Shown in pieces: positions 57,142 through 64,000 of a DNA stretch of 64,000 nucleotides. A program made the position numbers and the translations under genes. Positions within the stretch are counted from its first letter, which is position 1; the number at the start of each line of letters is the position of its first letter. The DNA comes from a virus. The notes under the pieces were generated by a model. That model searched no databases and had not been told where the DNA came from. It saw only the letters and a program-made list of their open reading frames with translations. The DNA lies in IMG/VR virus record IMGVR_UViG_3300020190_000008. The stretch is one strand, 5' to 3'.

Positions 57142-59096
57142 TGGCAATTGATATTCAAGAAGGATATGAAACTATTGGTAGTTCGATACAAAAAAATCAA
57201 ACATATAAAAAACTTTCTAGAGACTATAAAAAATTAAAAAAGAAGCTTGGTACTTCTTTTGAAAAAAAGAAATCTAAAATAACCAAAAGATATCAAAAAC
57301 AAAAATCAAAATTTAATAAATGGCAAAAAAAACAAAATAGTCAATTAGACGAATTGTTGAAGATAAAATTTTTATCTGCTGATGACCAGTTTACCGATGG
57401 TTTAAAAAGTTTAGACCCAAATAAATTAGAAAAATATAAAAAGGGTGGTGATGTTAAAAAATACATAATTGGTAAATTTATTACAGCATTAAATGAATTA
57501 AAACCTAAAATTCTTAGTTTACTACAAGAAGAAGTTTTAAATACTGCTGGTTGTTCAGACGACCAGACATACCAACCAAATCAAGATTTATATATTAATG
57601 TAAAATCAATCGATTTTTTAGGTTTATTAAAAATTGATCCCACAACTGAAATTGGAAAAATTTCATATGAAAATGAAAATTTATCATACCCTTCCAACCC
57701 ATTCCCAATGAATAAAGAATTATATCAAAGAATTCAAAATATAAATCAAAATTTTTCAATTCAATATTCTTCTAACTTTCAAGGTATTTCATTACAAGAT
57801 TTATTTGATATTTCTTATACCGAAGTAGATAACAATGGTGTTTCAGGTAACTATTTTAAGGTAACGCCAAAACAAAGAGTTTCTGGTCAAAAGATAAAAG
57901 AATTTATTAAAGATTACTATAAGTCCATTGAAATTATAGATTTCAAAGCAATTTTTGCAAATTTAATGAATATATTAACTGGGGCGATTTCGATAGAAAA
58001 AGGTGATGGTAAAAATGACCTTGGTGATTTTTATAAAGTCTCTTTAATTGTACAGAGAATACTTGGTTTATGTTTTGACGGCAACAAAGAAATTGATGTT
58101 TCTGGTAGTGCTAAAGTTTCTGAAAACGACAATATTGACGATTCTTTTTTTGAATTTGATGAATTAGACACTTTATTTATTGACCAATCTATTTCAGACA
58201 CACTTAATGGTGTTGTAGAGTTTGAAGAATGTCAAACAATAAAATTACCTGTAGATACTTCCGCAATAATAACTAGTATAAATAACTTAAATTTTGTACC
58301 CGGATCAAATAATAATAATACAATAGATAATGCAACAAATATTACCGATTCATTAACAAAAAACCCAGATTGGTTACCATTACAAATAAACATTGACGAA
58401 TCAATGATTAAGGAATTTCCAAAGGCGGTTTTATTTTCAGTACTGTCACCTAAAGTTATTTTACCATTAGCAATTGTGCTGTTGGCTTTAGGTAATGAAA
58501 CTCTCAATTTAGTAAAATCATACGTTGATTTTTTTAAAAAATTCAAAGATTTTGCTGTAAATGTAACTTCAAAAATATATGGAATATTTATAAAAATTAT
58601 TTTTGATTTAGTCGTTCAAGACATTAAGCAATTAATATCAACAATAACAATTGATATTAAACTTGAAAAAAATAAAAAAACATTATCGGTTATATTTGCT
58701 TTAACACAAATTCTTTTAGTAATTGCAGATATCATCACTGATGTTAGAGAATGTAAAAGTGTTATAGATAATTTATTAAAATTATTAAAATTAGCATCTA
58801 GGGGTTTCGGAAATCAAATACCACTTCCTTTGTTATTAGCAACAAGATTTTTAAGTGGATTTTCTTCAACAAGAGCTTATCTTAATGTTATTGAAGAATT
58901 AGAAAAACTTGGGATACCGACAGGTCCATTACCTGACGGTTCTCCAAATGAATACTTACTAGCAATGAAGGCTATAATTGATGGTATGGATAAAGAAGAC
59001 GCTGAAAATAATCAAGTACAAATCGCAATTGATCCATTATCCATAACACCAATTGGTACGACATTACCTAGTATTGCTTTTGGAAAAAAATTATAA
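57141..59096 (+). CDS. Hypothetical protein, probable baseplate-region structural protein
   Basis: 651-aa ORF upstream of gp5-like gene; GIPTGPLPDGSPN. Confidence 0.6.
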   Translation: MAIDIQEGYETIGSSIQKNQTYKKLSRDYKKLKKKLGTSFEKKKSKITKRYQKQKSKFNKWQKKQNSQLDELLKIKFLSADDQFTDGLKSLDPNKLEKYKKGGDVKKYIIGKFITALNELKPKILSLLQEEVLNTAGCSDDQTYQPNQDLYINVKSIDFLGLLKIDPTTEIGKISYENENLSYPSNPFPMNKELYQRIQNINQNFSIQYSSNFQGISLQDLFDISYTEVDNNGVSGNYFKVTPKQRVSGQKIKEFIKDYYKSIEIIDFKAIFANLMNILTGAISIEKGDGKNDLGDFYKVSLIVQRILGLCFDGNKEIDVSGSAKVSENDNIDDSFFEFDELDTLFIDQSISDTLNGVVEFEECQTIKLPVDTSAIITSINNLNFVPGSNNNNTIDNATNITDSLTKNPDWLPLQINIDESMIKEFPKAVLFSVLSPKVILPLAIVLLALGNETLNLVKSYVDFFKKFKDFAVNVTSKIYGIFIKIIFDLVVQDIKQLISTITIDIKLEKNKKTLSVIFALTQILLVIADIITDVRECKSVIDNLLKLLKLASRGFGNQIPLPLLLATRFLSGFSSTRAYLNVIEELEKLGIPTGPLPDGSPNEYLLAMKAIIDGMDKEDAENNQVQIAIDPLSITPIGTTLPSIAFGKKL

Positions 59097-59098
59097 AT

Positions 59099-59308
59099 AT
59101 GGAAACGGTAACAAAAGAACAAATTTTAGAAATAGTTTCAAAGTATAAAGAAAAATCTAATAAAGATTTAGAAATTGCCCTTGAATTTATTAATACTGAA
59201 TTTGAAAAAACAAAAGAAAATCTTATTAAACTTACAGACCATCTGGACAAGTTAGAAATAACATATAACACAATACTTAAAGAATATAAGTCTAGAAATG
59301 CAAGATAA
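59099..59308 (+). CDS. Small coiled-coil hypothetical protein
   Basis: ORF track; packed between neighbours. Confidence 0.7.
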   Translation: METVTKEQILEIVSKYKEKSNKDLEIALEFINTEFEKTKENLIKLTDHLDKLEITYNTILKEYKSRNAR

Positions 59309-60839
59309 TAGAATAATACTTCCTGGTAAAGTTTTAGATAATACTGATCCACTTATGATTGGTAGAATTAGAGTTGAACCCCAAACAAAGTTTGAAAATC
59401 AATCTATCCCCACAAATTCAGATGGGACACCAAAATCAGTTAGTGAATACGCTTGGACATCTGACGACCCTTTCATTTTTTTACCTTTATTACCTTATTA
59501 CATTAGTCAAGTACCTGAAGTCGGTGAATATGTCAACATTATGTATTCAACAAGAGTTGAACCTTTATCTAGTAATAAATTCTATATTCAAGGACCAATC
59601 AGTAGACCTTGGAATAATGTTCGTGAAAATTATAATAACGCACAATCAGTCTTAGATAATGGTGCACCACTTCAAAAAAGTTACGAAACAAGAAATAGTA
59701 AAACTGGTAATGTTCAAGAAATTGTAAAGGATATTTATCCGTTACCTGGTGATAACGCATTGTTAAGTCGTGGATCAACAGACTTAGTTTTAAAAAAAAC
59801 TGATGTTTTATTACGTGCTGGAAAATATAGAAAAACATTTGATTTAGATTTTACTGATACTGGCCAAATAACACAACCAGATGTAAGACCATATGATAAA
59901 AGATCATTCTTACAATTATCTATTTTTGACCAAGAATTAGTTGATACTGGTACTGAAACTATTGATATAACAAAGTTTGTCGATAAAGAAGTTAAAAATT
60001 TTGTTGAATGGGACATTTCAAACATAAACATTACTGCAAATACTGTTGATGGTTATGTACAAATAAATACTGTAAAAAATGTTACAACATATAATTTTAA
60101 TTTTGATACTGGGACTACTGTAAATTTTAATCTAATTCCTAATTCAAAATATGTTTTTACTGGACTAAGTATCGAAGATTCGATTAATTTTATTAATACA
60201 TACATTAGAGGTTTCAATAAAGGTGTTATTAATATTGAAGGGTATAACAAATACCCAAATTCTGGAAAATTAATTGACCAGTTTCCTTTTGTTTATGGGC
60301 CTAGTGTGTCAACTAATTCAAAAATCTTAGATATAAACCCAACAACAGATTTTACAGAAAATAATGTAGTAACTAACATTTATAATAAAATAAAACTTTT
60401 TGATTCAAGTACTGAACCTGGATTTGCTGTAATTTGGGATTATAATATCGTTGGGCCACAAAATATTGAAACATCCGTTGATGTTGAAAAATCTGAATAT
60501 AAGTCAAACCCAGTTACATACGCAACAATGGGTGGTGATTTTCTTTACTTTTTAACACATCAAACTACCGATGATGTTTTTACAATTGATTTGAAAAATA
60601 CTTTATATGGTATTGAACAACCAACATTTACTGATTACTTGAAAGGTAGGACAAATGCTATGGTTAGAGGTGATGAACTATATGAACTACTTGATAAGAT
60701 TGTTACTTTTATGACAGATCACGTTCATAATCCATTAAGACCGCCGGCCAAAAAAACTAGTTCTGGAATTAGTAAAGAACAGATAAGAGCTGAATTAGAA
60801 AGAAAAAGATATTTGAATCCAAATATTCGAATTAATTGA
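59298..60839 (+). CDS. Baseplate hub/spike protein (gp5/VgrG-like OB-fold N-terminus)
   Basis: VLDNTDPLMIGRIRV, PLLP...VPEVGEYV, C-terminal VRGDEL...DHVH. Confidence 0.75.
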   Translation: MQDNRIILPGKVLDNTDPLMIGRIRVEPQTKFENQSIPTNSDGTPKSVSEYAWTSDDPFIFLPLLPYYISQVPEVGEYVNIMYSTRVEPLSSNKFYIQGPISRPWNNVRENYNNAQSVLDNGAPLQKSYETRNSKTGNVQEIVKDIYPLPGDNALLSRGSTDLVLKKTDVLLRAGKYRKTFDLDFTDTGQITQPDVRPYDKRSFLQLSIFDQELVDTGTETIDITKFVDKEVKNFVEWDISNINITANTVDGYVQINTVKNVTTYNFNFDTGTTVNFNLIPNSKYVFTGLSIEDSINFINTYIRGFNKGVINIEGYNKYPNSGKLIDQFPFVYGPSVSTNSKILDINPTTDFTENNVVTNIYNKIKLFDSSTEPGFAVIWDYNIVGPQNIETSVDVEKSEYKSNPVTYATMGGDFLYFLTHQTTDDVFTIDLKNTLYGIEQPTFTDYLKGRTNAMVRGDELYELLDKIVTFMTDHVHNPLRPPAKKTSSGISKEQIRAELERKRYLNPNIRIN

Positions 60840-60859
60840 TATTTATATTAAAAAGATAA

Positions 60860-62317
60860 ATGTCAATTCATAATTCCTATTTTAGTAGAAACAATACTAT
60901 TGTTTATAGTGGTGAAACAAATACTGGTAGAAATCCAATAATAGAACTATATTATGCTGATGGTGGTGTAAAAGTACCTATTGGTTTTTCAAGATGTATA
61001 TTTGATATTGATTTATCAGAATTACAAGAAAAATATAATCAAAAAATTATTTCAACTGGTTGTACAACGAATATTAAACACATATTACGTATGATTAACA
61101 CTTCATCGTTCAGTCGTGATTTTTTAAACACAAAGACATCTGAAGAAAAAGAAAGGGCAACATCATTTGATTTAATTGTCTGGAGAATACCCTATGAAGA
61201 TTTCAACGAAACATTACCACAATATTGGGATGAGGGTGTTGGTTATGATTTTACGGACATAGATTCGGTACCTGGTGACAGAAACTTTTCAACAAGACCA
61301 TCAAATTGGTATTTGAGACAAACACTTACACCTTGGGAAGAAAAAGGTGTGTACAACAATGAAAACTATGGAAATTTTCCATTTTCAGCTTTAACAATTG
61401 TTGGTACACAGCACTTTGAATTTGGTAATGAAGACTTGGAAATTGATATGACAAGTGAAATTGAAGCCATTTTAGATGGTTCATTTGTAAATCCGGTGGG
61501 TTGGGGGATATCATTTTTGCCTCAACTCGAAAATTTAACTGGTACAACAGAATCATATTATGTTGGTTTCTTTTCAAGACACACTCAAACATTTTATGAA
61601 CCGAGGCTTGAAACGATATACGATGATTTAATCCAAGATGATAGAAATAATTTTTCTTTGGGAAAAGTTAATAAATTATATCTTTATACATATGAAGATG
61701 GTGATTTTGTTAATTTAGATGAAATACCAAAAGTAACAATTTCAGACCAAACTGGTACACCAATACCTGGACTTATTAATTTAGATAGTTGCCAAAGAAC
61801 AAAAGGTGTTTATGAAATTGCAATTCCTCCATTATTAAATTATCATTCGCCTTGTATTTTTACAGATACTTGGTCAAATATAAAATTAAATAATTTTTCA
61901 TTACCAAATGTTGTTAATGAATTTGTGATCAAACCATTGGAAAGTTCATTACAGTTTGGAACAACGACAAATGACCCATCAATTTATGGATTTGATTTTT
62001 ATGGGATTAAACAAGATGAAAAAATATTAGATACTGATATCAGAAAAGTTGGTGTAATAATTAAAAAAGCTTATACAAAAAACCAACAATTACCAAAAAT
62101 AGAATCTTATTATAGAATATATGTTAGGGAGGGTCAAACAGAAGTTCAAGTCCAGGATTGGACTAAACTAAATAGAACACCAAATGAATATTATTTTATA
62201 TTTGATACAAGAGATAAAATACCTAATGAATATTTTATTGATATTAAAGTGATTTCATCGGGAGAGATAAATACTTATAAGAAACAGATAAAGTTTCAAA
62301 TAGTTAATAAAAAATAA
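60860..62317 (+). CDS. Probable virion structural protein
   Basis: ETNTGRNPIIEL, WDEGVGYD, FFSRHT.TFYEP; TATTTATA at 60840-60847. Confidence 0.65.
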   Translation: MSIHNSYFSRNNTIVYSGETNTGRNPIIELYYADGGVKVPIGFSRCIFDIDLSELQEKYNQKIISTGCTTNIKHILRMINTSSFSRDFLNTKTSEEKERATSFDLIVWRIPYEDFNETLPQYWDEGVGYDFTDIDSVPGDRNFSTRPSNWYLRQTLTPWEEKGVYNNENYGNFPFSALTIVGTQHFEFGNEDLEIDMTSEIEAILDGSFVNPVGWGISFLPQLENLTGTTESYYVGFFSRHTQTFYEPRLETIYDDLIQDDRNNFSLGKVNKLYLYTYEDGDFVNLDEIPKVTISDQTGTPIPGLINLDSCQRTKGVYEIAIPPLLNYHSPCIFTDTWSNIKLNNFSLPNVVNEFVIKPLESSLQFGTTTNDPSIYGFDFYGIKQDEKILDTDIRKVGVIIKKAYTKNQQLPKIESYYRIYVREGQTEVQVQDWTKLNRTPNEYYFIFDTRDKIPNEYFIDIKVISSGEINTYKKQIKFQIVNKK

Positions 62318-62329
62318 AAAAATAAAAAT

Positions 62330-62947
62330 ATGACAAATTATTTAGTACGAAATTGTATTACTGAAGATACATTTATTGTTTCTTCGAGTGACACCTTAAA
62401 TCTAGGTGACTTTATAAGTTTATATTTTGGAGAAGCCATTTATTGCGGAGTAGTAGTAGAAGAAACCATAGATTCTTCCGATTCAGTCCTTGGGGACACG
62501 TATGGTACTTGTTGTGAATGTTTTCGAGAAAACGAATTAAATTTAGTATTTCAAATATGTGGAGAGGAAGAGGAACCAACAGAATTTATTATAAATTCAC
62601 AAGCTTTTTGTCCAGAATTTCAACCACCGTTTTTTTTATTCGACTATGCAGTCGATGATACCACAGTTTGTGCTCAACTTATTGGTGCTATTAGTGATGA
62701 CCCTACTGAAGGATACAGCTCACACGATTCCTCAATTTACGATGATTGTGATTGTACTACTACAACAACTACTACATCACCACCAAGAAGTGCAAATACA
62801 GAAAATTTTATTTGTATTCCAGATTGTGAATTTACTGGATCAACAGCTGTAACACCACCACACCCAGTATGGACAGATGGTTATGGAACACCTGTAACAC
62901 AATTAAATATGGTTGTCTTAGGAGGACCAAACGGATTAAATGCTTAA
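62330..62947 (+). CDS. Acidic Cys-rich protein with Thr tract, probably structural
   Basis: CDCTTTTTTSPPRS; C-terminal PPHPVWTD..G..VTQLN. Confidence 0.6.
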   Translation: MTNYLVRNCITEDTFIVSSSDTLNLGDFISLYFGEAIYCGVVVEETIDSSDSVLGDTYGTCCECFRENELNLVFQICGEEEEPTEFIINSQAFCPEFQPPFFLFDYAVDDTTVCAQLIGAISDDPTEGYSSHDSSIYDDCDCTTTTTTTSPPRSANTENFICIPDCEFTGSTAVTPPHPVWTDGYGTPVTQLNMVVLGGPNGLNA

Positions 62948-62957
62948 CATATTAGAT

Positions 62958-63419
62958 ATGAATTTAGATAGAATAATTAGAAAGGTTTTAAGAGAAGAAG
63001 AACACGGGTCGTCAAGATATATGTTCTTTTCAAACCTACAACAAATGAGAAGACAATGTGATTTATTACTTGATTTAGATGAAGAAATGGTTGAGTCAAT
63101 TTTAGAAAATGGACATGACTGGGCCCAAGATCACATAGCTGAAGCAAAAAACAATATGGATCAAGTATTTGATTTTATTATGAATGAATCAAAAAAAGAT
63201 GGTATTGAAATGTCAATGAATATTGATGATAAAGATATGGTGATGGCTGAAGGAAGAAAAAAAACTGGAACAAAACTATGTGCCAGAGGAAAGGCAGCGG
63301 CCAAAGCAAAATTTGACGTGTATCCTAGTGCTTACGCCAATGGTTACGCCGTACAAGTTTGTAAAGGAACAAAACCAGGTCTTGATGGTAAAAAAAGATG
63401 TTCTGGGGCATATTGTTAA
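62958..63419 (+). CDS. Hypothetical two-module protein with RIIRKVLREE leader
   Basis: MNLDRIIRKVLREEE; DWAQDHI module; basic module LCARGKAAAKAKFDVYPSAYANG. Confidence 0.7.
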   Translation: MNLDRIIRKVLREEEHGSSRYMFFSNLQQMRRQCDLLLDLDEEMVESILENGHDWAQDHIAEAKNNMDQVFDFIMNESKKDGIEMSMNIDDKDMVMAEGRKKTGTKLCARGKAAAKAKFDVYPSAYANGYAVQVCKGTKPGLDGKKRCSGAYC

Positions 63420-63435
63420 AAATAACTTAAAATAA

Positions 63436-63468
63436 TTTGGAAGTATAATTATTTTTTTTATATCTTTG
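63436..63468 (+). promoter_or_regulatory. Bacteroidota-type sigma-A promoter (-33 TTTG / -7 TAnnTTTG)
   Basis: TTTG at 63436-63439, 21-nt spacer, TATCTTTG at 63461-63468, 18 nt before ATG 63487. Confidence 0.75.
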
Positions 63469-63486
63469 TGGAGTTAAGTTAAAGAT

Positions 63487-63918
63487 ATGATAAAAAGAAT
63501 AGTCAGATTTTTTAGGAGGTTAAAATTAAGATTTTACTTATTAAGTAAAAAAGGTAAAATGTTTAAAACATATGAAGAAGAAGTTTCATCTTATGAGAAA
63601 ACTTGTTTCCAAATTTGCCTTCAAGTGATAAAACACCCATCAACCAAATTTATGATTGCACCAATGTCAAATAAAAGGTATATTGAAAATAAAGAAATCG
63701 ACCTTTTTATTACTATGGATTATGGTAGAATCGATTTAACAAATCACATATATCATTATAGTGTTAAACTTACCGGTAGAGATTGGGAAAGAGTCACATA
63801 TATTTTTGATATGGAAACAGAAAAAAGAAGATTAAAATACGAAGAAACAATCAACTCTCAGATTAAAAATTCGTTACATAATGTATTAGAAAGAATTTCA
63901 AATAGTAATAACCAATAA
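63487..63918 (+). CDS. Hypothetical protein (probably early-expressed)
   Basis: ORF track; host-type promoter upstream. Confidence 0.7.
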   Translation: MIKRIVRFFRRLKLRFYLLSKKGKMFKTYEEEVSSYEKTCFQICLQVIKHPSTKFMIAPMSNKRYIENKEIDLFITMDYGRIDLTNHIYHYSVKLTGRDWERVTYIFDMETEKRRLKYEETINSQIKNSLHNVLERISNSNNQ

Positions 63919-63928
63919 TTTATATAAT

Positions 63929-64000
63929 ATGAAAAAGTTAGTTTTAGTTTTAACTTTATTATTTTCTTTTAATTCTTTTGGTCAAAAAGAAGGTTACCCA
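63929..64000 (+). CDS. Secreted protein, N-terminal fragment with Sec signal peptide
   Basis: Manual translation MKKLVLVLTLLFSFNSFG|QKEGYP; runs off window. Confidence 0.7.
   Translation, partial: MKKLVLVLTLLFSFNSFGQKEGYP

Noticed and set aside
2260-62852. Short ORF-track entries nested in or antisense to long genes (e.g. 2260-2490, 10056-10568, 17407-17655, 32562-32840, 38477-38941, 58232-58546)
   Set aside because: Shadow frames of well-supported genes with no motifs or expression signals
1-64000. Genome-wide stop-codon reassignment (TGA or TAG) as the explanation for the TGA at 41723
   Set aside because: Many genes end cleanly at TGA (43595, 44155, 52493, 53196, 56009, 60839), several in tight overlaps with the next start, and at TAG (13640, 41658); coding density is full in code 11
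1-64000. tRNA or rRNA genes
   Set aside because: No cloverleaf or T-loop signature noticed and intergenic gaps are short and AT-rich; a tRNAscan run would be needed to be certain

Overview
AT-rich (roughly 30% GC by eye) segment of a large myovirus-type (jumbo-like) bacteriophage genome in the standard genetic code. The host is probably Bacteroidota: there is a TTTG-N21-TATCTTTG promoter, A-rich start regions without Shine-Dalgarno sites, and a signal peptide followed by Gln. The window encodes tail tube, sheath, neck and baseplate proteins, an intein-containing SNF2 helicase, a family-B DNA polymerase, dUTPase, PhoH, a sigma-like factor, a tripartite SOD fusion and three long repeat fibre proteins. 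It has two glycan-modification islands: (i) a minus-strand island interleaved with the fibre genes (GT8, Aah/TibC-like heptosyltransferase, GT9-like, sulfotransferase, CysC, nucleotidyltransferase, GT60-like, HtrL-like); (ii) a plus-strand island with Gmd/Fcl, GT11 and GT10 fucosyltransferases, four FkbM-type methyltransferases and GT2/GT4 enzymes. The most striking signal is at 41645-41770. Directly behind a free-standing NUMOD3/Vsr-like homing endonuclease, a glycosyltransferase frame begins with a GC-rich segment interrupted by GGC-TGA-GGT, with the TGA in the 5' arm of a 13-bp hairpin. This is a candidate minimal ribosomal 'stop-hop' bypass coupled to a homing endonuclease, analogous to T4 mobA/gene 60. 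Product calls come from motif recognition only; no database searches were run.
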